A DNA stretch of 54,566 nucleotides from Lysobacteraceae bacterium (GTDB lineage: Bacteria > Pseudomonadota > Gammaproteobacteria > Xanthomonadales > Xanthomonadaceae): positions 1 to 54,566 of the forward strand of contig JAGXSL010000023.1 in the NCBI GenBank assembly GCA_018333835.1, given 5' to 3'. Shown one piece after another: positions 1 to 8,024 of the stretch. The position numbers and the translations under genes were made by a program. Each line of letters starts with the position of its first letter. Positions within the stretch are counted from its first letter, which is position 1. The notes under the pieces were generated by a model. The model had not been told where the DNA came from. It made no database searches and was given only the letters and a program-made list of their open reading frames with translations.

Positions 1-24
1 CCTGATTAGCCCCGACCCTCAGCC
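1..24 (+). repeat. Left inverted repeat of IS
   Basis: Exact reverse complement of 1049-1072. Confidence 0.95.
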
Positions 25-91
25 GCCAGTCGCAGGATGTGCGTCGCCCACCGCCGAGCATACGGCCACCTGAAGGCGACGAGGTGGCGTC

Positions 92-1054
92 ATGAGCATC
101 AATTCCGTGCAGTTCCAGGCTGGCCTGTCCATGGCCGAGTTCATCGCCCGCTACGGCACCGAGGCCAAGTGCTACCGTGCCCTGTACCAGTGGCGTTGGC
201 CGCAAGGCTTCCGCTGCCCGGCCTGCACTGGACGGGCCCGCTCGCGGTTTCGGCGCGGGACGACGGTCTACTACCAGTGCCGCGCCTGCCGGCACCAGAC
301 CACGCTGACCGCCGGCACGATGTTCGAGGGCACCAAGCTGCCGCTGCGCACCTGGCTGCTGGCCCTGCACCTGCTGACCGCGACCAAGACCAACCTCGCC
401 GCGCTGGAGCTGATGCGCCACCTGGGAGTCAACTACAAGACCGCCTGGCGGGTGAAGCACAAGATCATGCAGGCCATGGCCGAGCGCGAGGAACCCCGGC
501 GGCTCAATGGCTTCGTGCAGATCGACGATGCCTACCTCGGCGGCGAGCGCAACGGCGGCAAGCGCGGGCGCGGTGCCGAGGGCAAGCAACCCTTCGTGAT
601 CGCGGTGCAGACTGACGCCCGCTTCGCCGCGCCGAGCCTGGCCGTGATCGAGCCGGTGCGCAGCTTCGACAACGTCTCGCTCGAGGACTGGATCGCACGG
701 CGCCTGGCGCCCGGGTGCGAGACCTATACCGACGGTCTGGCCTGCTTCCGCCGGCTCGAAGACGCCGGCCACGCCCACACCACGCTGGACACCGGCGGCG
801 GCCGTGCCGCCACCGAGGCGCCGGGCGCGCGTTGGGTGAACGTGCTGCTGGGCAACGTCAAGCGCGCCATCAACGGCACCTACCACGCCATCCGCCAGGC
901 CAAGTACGCGCGGCGCTACCTGGCCGAAGCCGCCTACCGGTTCAACCGTCGCTTCCGCCTGCATGAGATGCTGCCGCGACTGGCCACCGCCATGCTGCGC
1001 TGCAAGCCTTGCCCCGAGCCGGTCTTGCGCGCTGCGAGCAATTTTCATGGCTGA
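92..1054 (+). CDS. IS1595-family transposase
   Basis: N-terminal Zn ribbon (CPAC...CRAC), HTH, catalytic QIDDAYLGG / YTDG / N..K and YLAEAAYRFNRR motifs; RBS GAGG; stop codon lies inside the right IR. Confidence 0.95.
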   Translation: MSINSVQFQAGLSMAEFIARYGTEAKCYRALYQWRWPQGFRCPACTGRARSRFRRGTTVYYQCRACRHQTTLTAGTMFEGTKLPLRTWLLALHLLTATKTNLAALELMRHLGVNYKTAWRVKHKIMQAMAEREEPRRLNGFVQIDDAYLGGERNGGKRGRGAEGKQPFVIAVQTDARFAAPSLAVIEPVRSFDNVSLEDWIARRLAPGCETYTDGLACFRRLEDAGHAHTTLDTGGGRAATEAPGARWVNVLLGNVKRAINGTYHAIRQAKYARRYLAEAAYRFNRRFRLHEMLPRLATAMLRCKPCPEPVLRAASNFHG

Positions 1055-1072
1055 GGGTCGGGGCTAATCAGG
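1049..1072 (-). repeat. Right inverted repeat of IS
   Basis: GGCTGAGGGTCGGGGCTAATCAGG. Confidence 0.95.
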
Positions 1073-1173
1073 TCCGCTTTTGCATCGAGCAGATCTTTCG
1101 ATGGGAGCTCGAGCACCTGGTGCCGCGTGGCAGCAACGATCTGCCGAGTAACCCCCTGAGGGTCTTCGGGCGA

Positions 1174-1215
1174 CAATGCGTTTGCATTGACATGGCAATG
1201 CGGATGCATTACGCT
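1174..1215 (+). promoter_or_regulatory. sigma70 promoter of prlF-yhaV overlapped by two palindromic operator boxes
   Basis: TTGACA (1187-1192) - 17 nt - TACGCT (1210-1215); palindromes CAATGC-N4-GCATTG (1174-1189) and CAATGC-N4-GCATTA (1196-1211). Confidence 0.7.
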
Positions 1216-1242
1216 TATTCCGAGAGCAGTCGGAGAACCGCC

Positions 1243-1572
1243 ATGCCCGCCACCCTCGAAGCCGAATCAACGCTGACCGATCGCTATCAGACGACCGTGC
1301 CGGAAACCGTGCGCCGCGCGCTGCGCCTGGGCAAGCGCGACAAGATCCACTACACCATCCGCCCGAACGGTGAGGTGGTGCTCACGCGCGCGGCCCCCGG
1401 CGACAGCGACGACCCGGCGCTGATGCCGTTCCTCGGCTTCCTGGCCCGCGACATGGCCGAGCATCCCGAACGGCTCCAAGCGGTGGATGCCGGCCTCGCG
1501 CAACGCATCCAGGCGCTGGTCGGCGGTGTCGAGGTGGATCTTGAGGCTCCGCTGTCGGCGGATGATGAATGA
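1243..1572 (+). CDS. prlF: Type II antitoxin PrlF/SohA (AbrB-like)
   Basis: STLTDRYQTTVPETVRRAL...FLARD...acidic tail LSADDE; RBS GGAG; ATGA overlap with the toxin gene. Confidence 0.92.
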   Translation: MPATLEAESTLTDRYQTTVPETVRRALRLGKRDKIHYTIRPNGEVVLTRAAPGDSDDPALMPFLGFLARDMAEHPERLQAVDAGLAQRIQALVGGVEVDLEAPLSADDE

Positions 1573-2066
1573 GCGGCGCCCCGCTGGTCGTCAACGGCTG
1601 GGCCCTCTTCGCCCACCCGATCTTCCTCGACCAGCTTGACGCCCTGACCGCGCAGGTCGAGGCGCTCGAGCGCAAGGATCCGGTGGGCTACGTCAAGAAG
1701 AACGCCACCAAGCGCCTGGCGGCCATCGCCAAGCTGGCGTTCGAGGTGATCCCTCAGGACCCCACCCGGCCGGAGTACCGCCAGGGCGACACGCTTGGGC
1801 CCGAGCACAAGCATTGGTTCCGCGCCAAGTTCTTCCAGCAGTACCGGCTGTTCTTCCGCTACCACGCCCAGGCGAAGGTGATCGTCTACGCCTGGGTCAA
1901 CGACGAGGACACGAAGCGGGCCTACGACAGCGCCGACGACGCCTACCGGGTGTTCCGCAGGATGCTCGACAGCGGCCGCCCGCCGTCGGACTGGGGCCAG
2001 TTGCTGGCCGAAGCCCGTGCCGAGTCGGAGCGCCTTCGCCGGCTCGCGTCAGGGGGCGGGGCTTGA
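1569..2066 (+). CDS. yhaV: Type II toxin YhaV (RelE-superfamily RNase)
   Basis: VNGWALFAHP, YRQGDTLG, WFRAKFFQQYRLFFRY, WVNDEDTKRAY motifs; directly follows prlF. Confidence 0.93.
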   Translation: MSGAPLVVNGWALFAHPIFLDQLDALTAQVEALERKDPVGYVKKNATKRLAAIAKLAFEVIPQDPTRPEYRQGDTLGPEHKHWFRAKFFQQYRLFFRYHAQAKVIVYAWVNDEDTKRAYDSADDAYRVFRRMLDSGRPPSDWGQLLAEARAESERLRRLASGGGA

Positions 2067-2198
2067 ATTCGCCGGGGAACCGTCAGGCGGTGCGTGACGG
2101 TTCGGCTCTACGTGCGTCGCCTGCCATTCCGTTTCTGCGGGCTCCCGAGGAAGTCTGCGTGCGTCAGCGGAGTGGGTAGGAGATGGTAGGAAGAGCGA

Positions 2199-2243
2199 GG
2201 CCAGGGAGGGAATCGAACCCCCGACACGGGGATTTTCAATCCC
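2199..2243 (-). repeat. att site: 45-bp duplicate of the tRNA-Phe 3' half
   Basis: Identical to 9239-9283; lacks the ACCA end and the tRNA 5' half. Confidence 0.93.
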
Positions 2244-2289
2244 TGATTTTGCGGTTTTGGGCCGTCCAGCGCCGTTCAGCGAAACGGCG

Positions 2290-2302
2290 CAAGTCATTGA
2301 AA
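2290..2302 (-). promoter_or_regulatory. Putative IHF site in the att arm
   Basis: Minus strand TTTCAATGACTTG resembles WATCAANNNNTTR, located between the core site and the arm repeats. Confidence 0.5.
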
Positions 2303-2353
2303 AATAACCGTGACCACTCTATCCCCGTCCAAGGGAGTCTGGCACTATCCAAT

Positions 2354-2378
2354 GCCTAATGGTCACCGAGTGGTCACC
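2354..2378 (+). repeat. Putative integrase arm-type sites, left copy
   Basis: GCCTAATGGTCACCGAGTGGTCACC (two TGGTCACC units) repeated exactly at 9153-9177; inverted partial copy at 2310-2319. Confidence 0.8.
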
Positions 2379-2381
2379 GGA

Positions 2382-3722
2382 ATGGGGCAGCGAAAGCACA
2401 AGGGGATCATCACGCCGCGTCAGGTTTCGGCTTTGAAGCCGGGCCACACGCTGACCGATCCCGCGCCACGGGGCGGCGGCGCTTTCGAGGTGCGGAAACT
2501 GGCGACGGGGGTCGCCTACTACTTCCGGTTCACGGCCCCGGACGGCAGCCGGCAGCGCGTGCCCTTGGGCAATGACTGGACGCTGGCCGAGGCGCGCGAG
2601 GAAGCGAAGAAATACGCGACCCGCTACCAGTCGGGGGAGCGCGACCTCCTCGCCGCGCTGGCCGACGAACAGCGCGAGGCGATGAGGGCGCGCGAGGCGA
2701 GGGCAAAGGCCGAGGATGCCGACAAGGTGCGGCAAGCCGCCACGATGGGGGCGCTGCTGTCGGCCTACGTCCGCCAACTGCACCGCGACGGGAAGGCCAG
2801 CGCGTCGGAAGTGGCGCGCGCCGTTGACCGGAACATCGCCAAGCCCTTCCCCAAACTGTGGGCGATGCCCGCCGATGAAGTGCAATCGGATGACGTCCTC
2901 GCCATCGTGGCGCGCGTGACCGACGCCGGAAAGCTGACGGAAGCCCGCAAGCTCCGGGCCTACATCGGGGCGGCGTACCGTGCGGCCATCCGTTCGCGGC
3001 AGGATGCTCGGTCGACCGCCGACCTGCGCGCGCTGCGCATCCGAAGCGACCCGGCGCGCGACGTGGTGGCGGTACGCGGTGCGGTCAATGTCCGCAAGCG
3101 GGCGCTTTCCGTCGCGGAACTGCGCGCCTACTGGCGTCGCATTGCGGAACCTGCGGGCGGTGACACGGCCCTGTTGCGCTTCCACCTGCTGACCGGCGCG
3201 CAGCGTATCGAACAACTGGCGCGACTGACCGCCGATGACTTCGACGGCGATACCGGCGTCATCCGACTGCGCGACACGAAAGGCCGCCGTTTGACTCCGC
3301 GCGAGCATGACGTGCCGCTACTGCCGGAGGCATTCGACGCCATGAAGGCGATGGCACCGCAGCGGGTGGGGCCGTTCCTGTTCACCGTAACGGCGGGCGA
3401 GACGGGCGCGGTCTATTCGACGGTGCAGCACCGGATGCGGAAGGTGGCCGAGGCGATGGACGCAGCGGGGGAGCTCGAAAAGGGCCTGTTCACCCCCGGC
3501 GATCTTCGCCGCACCGTGGAAACGCGGCTCGCCGCTGCCGGCGTGAGCGTCGACGTGCGCGCGCAGCTTCAATCGCACGGCTTGGGCGGTGTGCAGGCTC
3601 GGCATTATGACCGGCATGACTACCTCGCAGAAAAGCGCGAGGCGCTGGAAACGCTGCACCGGCTGCTGACGGGTGAAGCCGGTACTGTGGTGCCGTTACG
3701 CCGCAAAGGGATGAAGCCATGA
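2382..3722 (+). CDS. int: Tyrosine recombinase/integrase with N-terminal arm-binding domain (P4-like architecture)
   Basis: N-terminal YYFRFT..GSRQRVPLG..WTLAEAREEA; catalytic R (GAQRIEQL), GDLRRT, QSH, HYDRHDY; adjacent to att. Start codon uncertain (2310/2352/2382). Confidence 0.92.
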   Translation: MGQRKHKGIITPRQVSALKPGHTLTDPAPRGGGAFEVRKLATGVAYYFRFTAPDGSRQRVPLGNDWTLAEAREEAKKYATRYQSGERDLLAALADEQREAMRAREARAKAEDADKVRQAATMGALLSAYVRQLHRDGKASASEVARAVDRNIAKPFPKLWAMPADEVQSDDVLAIVARVTDAGKLTEARKLRAYIGAAYRAAIRSRQDARSTADLRALRIRSDPARDVVAVRGAVNVRKRALSVAELRAYWRRIAEPAGGDTALLRFHLLTGAQRIEQLARLTADDFDGDTGVIRLRDTKGRRLTPREHDVPLLPEAFDAMKAMAPQRVGPFLFTVTAGETGAVYSTVQHRMRKVAEAMDAAGELEKGLFTPGDLRRTVETRLAAAGVSVDVRAQLQSHGLGGVQARHYDRHDYLAEKREALETLHRLLTGEAGTVVPLRRKGMKP

Positions 3723-3955
3723 GCCGCGACCACTACCAGCCCGTGCCGTTCAACGTCGACGCCGCGCAAGCGCGATGGGCTAAGCGCCCCGGCTTCGCTG
3801 CCGCGTTCGCCGCGCTGGACGATGAATTCGCCGTGCTCTCCGAACTACTGCGCGCGCGCCAAGCCGCCGGCATGACGCAGGCCGTGGACTGCGAACTGCG
3901 CAACGTGCTGACGCCTGCCGAAAAGCCGAAGCGCAAGCGAGTAGCAGCCGCGTAG
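3719..3955 (+). pseudogene. Internally deleted XRE/HigA-type antitoxin or regulator
   Basis: PGFAAAFAALDDEFAVLSELLRARQAAGMTQA jumps directly to VDCELR; the HTH core that normally follows TQA is missing. Confidence 0.6.
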
Positions 3956-4051
3956 AACCGAACCGCCGCGCCTAGGACGGCCATCCGAAAACGGGGCACC
4001 TTCCCCCGCTGGCGCGGCGCTCTATCGAAGGGCGCAGGGAGAGGTGCGCGC

Positions 4052-4885
4052 GTGGACAAAGTGTTCATCACGATTGCGGAGGCTGCGGCGAGACTCTCTG
4101 AGGCGTTCGGGAAGGCGGTGGACGTCGAGACGATAGCGCAAGCATTTGACTTTGCGCCGTTCGGAAGGCCGCCGTTCCCTCTCTATGCTCGCTTGGGGGA
4201 CGCCAAGGCCGAGGGCGTACTTGGGTTTCAAGTGATGCAAGACGTTTGGGCCGTCGCAACCGATGGCGAAGAGGTGCCCATCTATCGCTTGATCTGCCCT
4301 TGGCCTGATCCTTCGGTGCCTGAAAGCAAATGGGCGGCTGACCCCCAATACGACGATTGCAGCATCATCTTGCTTGACACTGACGAGGCGGAACGCAAGC
4401 CCTTCGAAAACGTGAAGCTGGAGGTGTCTGGGTACTTCGTGGTCTGCGAAAACGAGGCCGCATTTCTTCGCGAGCACCGTCCAAACTTTCTGAACATTCT
4501 TCCGCGGCCCGTACATCGTATCTATCCAAGCGCATTACCGCTGGCGATTGATCTGAACTCGCCGGACTCGGGGCACGCCGTGTTCCTCTTCCGTAGAGAC
4601 GACGTAGAGAGTTACATCGCGGCGAATCGCGCGACACCCCAAGACAATGAGGGCGAAGGGCTGCCGGAAGAGCTGCGCGCGGCGCTCGCTGCGTATCGCG
4701 CTGTCCGCAATGATCCAAGCGCCCTGTCGGGCAAGACTCCGAAGCAAGCAATGCTTTTGTGGCTAGATCACAACACGAAGCTGAGTAAGGACGCGCGCGA
4801 GCGAGCTGCCACTATCGCTAACTGGAGCAAGGTCGGCGGTGCGCCGAGAACGCCCACAATGCGGAAGAACCTCCCCCCCGGTTAG
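4052..4885 (+). CDS. Hypothetical protein (N-terminal HTH-like; C-terminal KTPKQA..WL..ANW..GGAP.TP motif)
   Basis: 277-aa ORF, RBS GGAGAGG, GTG start, visibly lower GC than its neighbours, directly upstream of alpA. Confidence 0.75.
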   Translation: MDKVFITIAEAAARLSEAFGKAVDVETIAQAFDFAPFGRPPFPLYARLGDAKAEGVLGFQVMQDVWAVATDGEEVPIYRLICPWPDPSVPESKWAADPQYDDCSIILLDTDEAERKPFENVKLEVSGYFVVCENEAAFLREHRPNFLNILPRPVHRIYPSALPLAIDLNSPDSGHAVFLFRRDDVESYIAANRATPQDNEGEGLPEELRAALAAYRAVRNDPSALSGKTPKQAMLLWLDHNTKLSKDARERAATIANWSKVGGAPRTPTMRKNLPPG

Positions 4886-4973
4886 TTTTCTCAAGCTCCC
4901 CGCCTATTCGCCAATTGCGGCCATCTCCATCGTCTGCCCCGAACGCCGGCCTTTGTCGGCGACGGACGCGACA

Positions 4974-5258
4974 ATGCACGCCAAGCCTTCCCTAGCGACG
5001 GCCCCCGAGGCCCCGCAACCTCTCGCCCCGGCACTGCCGGCCACTGGCTTCCTGCGCCTGCCCAACATCATCGGCAAGCGTCCGACCAAAGCAGAGCCGC
5101 AAGGCATCCCGGCCATCGTGCCGGTGAGCCGCGCGACCTGGTGGGCCGGCATCCGAACGGGCCGCTATCCCGCGCCCGTCAAGCTCGCACCGAACTGCGC
5201 GGCATGGCGAGTCGAAGATATCCGCGCGCTGATCCAGCGGCTTGGCGGTGCGGCATGA
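4974..5258 (+). CDS. alpA: AlpA-family regulator/excisionase
   Basis: GFLRLPNIIG...PVSRATWWAGIRTGRYPAPVKL...AWRVEDIRALI. Confidence 0.9.
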   Translation: MHAKPSLATAPEAPQPLAPALPATGFLRLPNIIGKRPTKAEPQGIPAIVPVSRATWWAGIRTGRYPAPVKLAPNCAAWRVEDIRALIQRLGGAA

Positions 5259-5434
5259 CCGGCCTTGCCCGCGAGCTCCGCGCCGTTGCGGATCACCTGT
5301 TCGCACGGATCGAGTCGGCAGCCGAAGCGCCCGCCCCCGCCATCCTCGAAAGCATCGCCACCGAATGCGAGGGCGCTGCGCGCGTCCTTCGCCGGATGGC
5401 TGCCGACCAGCGCCGGGAGGAACTGCCGGCATGA
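5255..5434 (+). CDS. Small hypothetical protein (59 aa)
   Basis: ATGA overlaps with the genes on both sides. Confidence 0.6.
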   Translation: MTGLARELRAVADHLFARIESAAEAPAPAILESIATECEGAARVLRRMAADQRREELPA

Positions 5435-5835
5435 CCACAAAAAAGAACGCCCCCGGTTGGACGGGGGCGCAGCACATGCAGAACTTGCGGGGACTGTATG
5501 GCACGCCAAAGGCTACCGGCTCCACGCCGGAGCGCAAGGGCTGGCGGAGCAATCCAAAAGCCCCGCATGACTGGCGCGACCGCCTGCCCGACCCTGCGGC
5601 CTACTACGGCCAGCGGCTCACGAAGATGACGCGACCTAACGCGGAAGGATGGGCGCAGGCCCGGTGCCCCTTCCACGACGACAAGGCGGCATCGCTGAGT
5701 GTCCACGTCACGAATCCGCGCGGCGGGTGGAAATGCTTTGCGGGCTGCGGTGGTGGCGATTTGGTGAGCTTCCACATGCGGCTGCACGGCCTGCCGTTCC
5801 CGAAAGCCCGCGATGAACTGCTGAGGGGAGGCTGA
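5431..5835 (+). CDS. CHC2 zinc-finger protein (primase zinc-binding domain)
   Basis: CPFHDD...SLSV...WKCFAGCGGGD; RBS GGAGG. Confidence 0.88.
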   Translation: MTTKKNAPGWTGAQHMQNLRGLYGTPKATGSTPERKGWRSNPKAPHDWRDRLPDPAAYYGQRLTKMTRPNAEGWAQARCPFHDDKAASLSVHVTNPRGGWKCFAGCGGGDLVSFHMRLHGLPFPKARDELLRGG

Positions 5836-5837
5836 GC

Positions 5838-8024
5838 ATGGACGCATCGAATCAGCCGCCCGAGGGGCGGAACGATGGCGCGCGCCGACTGTTTGGCCAC
5901 GCTGTCGCGCTTGGCTTCACTGACCGCGCTTTGCATCCGTACCTGACGGAGGAAGGCGTCGAGCTATTCACGGTGGCACGGCTGAAGCATCCGGCGTGGC
6001 GCGAGCTGTCCGACGCCGAACGCGCGGCGATCCTTGCGAAGCTCGGCAGCCTCGCCCCTGACGAAGGCGGGAAGATCATCCGTCCCATGTGGCGCAAGGG
6101 CGCGCGCTACGTGGTCGGCAGGCCGACCGCCCCGCCCGAAGGCTGGCCGCTCTACGGCCTCGGCAGAGTGCTGGAAAGTGCGGACGATGCGCCCGTTTTC
6201 GTCGTGGAGGGCGAAGCCTGCGCCGATGCCTTGCACCGGCTGGGCTTGGCGGCGGTGACTTCGGGCGGTGCGACTTCCGACGACACCGCCGACTGGCGAC
6301 CGCTGGCGGGCCGTCGCGTCATCCTGTGGCCCGACCACGACGACCCCGGCAGGAAGTATGCCGAGCATGTGGGCGCGCGTCTGCGGGGCTTGCAGACGGC
6401 TTGCGAGTGGATCGACGTGGCGGCCCTCGGCCTGCCCGAGAAAGGCGATTGCGTGGACTGGATCAAGGCCCACCCCGAAGCGACCGCCGCCGACGTGCTG
6501 GCGCTGCCGCGTGCGGTGCGGACGCACTGCGAAGCAGGCGAGCGATCGAACGAAAACGACGACGGCCCACCGCTACCGCTACCGCCGGCACTGTTGCCGG
6601 TTCAGGCGTTCCCATTGGACGCGGTGCCGGGCGCATTCGGCGACTGGATCGGCGACGCGGCGGAACGGATGCAGTGCCCGCCCGACTACATCGCCCTGCC
6701 GCTGGTGGTGGCTGCCGGTTCGCTGGTGGCACGGCATGGCGGCGTGCGACCGAAGCAGCGCGACGCATGGACCGAGGTTCCGAACCTGTGGGGCTGCATC
6801 GTGGGCCGGCCCGGTGCGATGAAGTCGCCCGCCATCGGCGAAGCCTTGTTCGCCATGCGGCGCATGGAAGCCCAAGCCCGCGAAACGCATGAGCGACTGC
6901 TGTCCAGCCACACTGCCGAAACGGCAGCGGCGAAGCTGCGGGCCGATGCCCGGAAGGACAAGGCAAGGAACGAGCTGAAGAAGAACGCCGAGGCCGACAT
7001 TGCCAACCTGTTGGCCGACGACTCGCCGCCGTTACCGCCCGAGCCGCGACTTCTGGTGAACGATGCGACCGTGGAGGCGTTGGGCGAGATTCTGGCGAAC
7101 AACCCCGGCGGCGTGCTGGCGGTGCGCGATGAACTGGCCTCGCTGTTGCGGAATCTGGCACGCGAAGAACAAGCCACCGCGTTGGGCTTCATGCTGAGCG
7201 CATGGAGCGGCAAGGAAGCCTACCGATGGGATCGCATCGGGCGCGGCAGTGTCGTGGTCCCCTGCGCCCGCGTGTCCGTCATCGGCGGAACGCAGCCGGG
7301 GCCGCTCTGTGCCCTGGTGGGCGAGGCGAAGGGAGCCAAAGACGACGGCTTGTTGCAGCGGTTCCTGTTCGCTTGGCCGGACGTTTCGCCCGCTTGGACC
7401 GACTGCGACCGCGAACCCGACCGCCGCACGAAAGATGCGGTCTTCGCCCTGTTTGCCCGCCTGCGCGACGCACCCCCGGAAGCGATGCAGGCCGACACAC
7501 TCCCCGATGGCAGCCACGACGGACTGCCCTTCCTACGCTTCGCACCTGACGCCGCTGAACTGTTCCTCGAATGGCGGGCCGAGCTGGAAACGCGGCTGCG
7601 GGCGTCGGCGATGGCCCCGGCTCTTGAGATGGCCATGTCGAAGTACCGGAAGCACGTTCCGGCACTGGCCCTGACCCTGCACGCCGCCGAGGGAGGGCGC
7701 GGGCCGATAGGCAGGAAGGCGACGCTGTGCGCCCTTGCGCTAGCGGAGTATTTCGAGTCGCACACGCGGCGCGTGTTCGACAGTGGCCAGCGTCCAGTGA
7801 TCGAGGCGGCCCATGCGGTGCTGCGGAAGCTGGCGAGTGGCGACCTGTCGGCGGAAGGGTTCACGCTGCGGGACGTTTACCGACCGCAATGGACCGGCCT
7901 ACGGGAAACGGCGGTGGTGGGCGAGGCCTTGGGGCTGCTGTGCGAACACCGGCACCTGAACGCCGAAGTGCTGGAGACGGGAGGCCGGGACACGCTTGCG
8001 TTCTCTTGGCGGAGGGCCGCATGA
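5838..8024 (+). CDS. Toprim primase fused to a DUF3987 (YfjI-like) P-loop domain; replication protein
   Basis: Toprim VVEGE / WPDHDDPG / KGDCVDW; P-loop GRPGAMKS, DATVEAL, RDEL, DGLLQRF; RBS GGAGG. Confidence 0.88.
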   Translation: MDASNQPPEGRNDGARRLFGHAVALGFTDRALHPYLTEEGVELFTVARLKHPAWRELSDAERAAILAKLGSLAPDEGGKIIRPMWRKGARYVVGRPTAPPEGWPLYGLGRVLESADDAPVFVVEGEACADALHRLGLAAVTSGGATSDDTADWRPLAGRRVILWPDHDDPGRKYAEHVGARLRGLQTACEWIDVAALGLPEKGDCVDWIKAHPEATAADVLALPRAVRTHCEAGERSNENDDGPPLPLPPALLPVQAFPLDAVPGAFGDWIGDAAERMQCPPDYIALPLVVAAGSLVARHGGVRPKQRDAWTEVPNLWGCIVGRPGAMKSPAIGEALFAMRRMEAQARETHERLLSSHTAETAAAKLRADARKDKARNELKKNAEADIANLLADDSPPLPPEPRLLVNDATVEALGEILANNPGGVLAVRDELASLLRNLAREEQATALGFMLSAWSGKEAYRWDRIGRGSVVVPCARVSVIGGTQPGPLCALVGEAKGAKDDGLLQRFLFAWPDVSPAWTDCDREPDRRTKDAVFALFARLRDAPPEAMQADTLPDGSHDGLPFLRFAPDAAELFLEWRAELETRLRASAMAPALEMAMSKYRKHVPALALTLHAAEGGRGPIGRKATLCALALAEYFESHTRRVFDSGQRPVIEAAHAVLRKLASGDLSAEGFTLRDVYRPQWTGLRETAVVGEALGLLCEHRHLNAEVLETGGRDTLAFSWRRAA

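Larger units (their letters stand above)
1..1072 (+). mobile_element. Insertion sequence, IS1595 family (IS1595 group, CCTGATT ends)
   Basis: Perfect 24-bp terminal inverted repeats (1-24 CCTGATTAGCCCCGACCCTCAGCC; 1049-1072 reverse complement) enclosing a single transposase. The left flank is outside the window, so the target duplication cannot be checked. Confidence 0.95.

Noticed and set aside
1009-1242. N-terminal extension of PrlF containing WELEHLVPRGS (HNH-like or thrombin-site-like string)
   Set aside because: It runs through the IS end and the promoter; the real start is 1243 with an RBS. The string is too short to support an HNH remnant or vector contamination.
2199-2243. Second tRNA-Phe gene
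   Set aside because: Only the 3' 45 nt are present, with no D-arm, no 5' acceptor strand and no CCA; it is an att duplicate.
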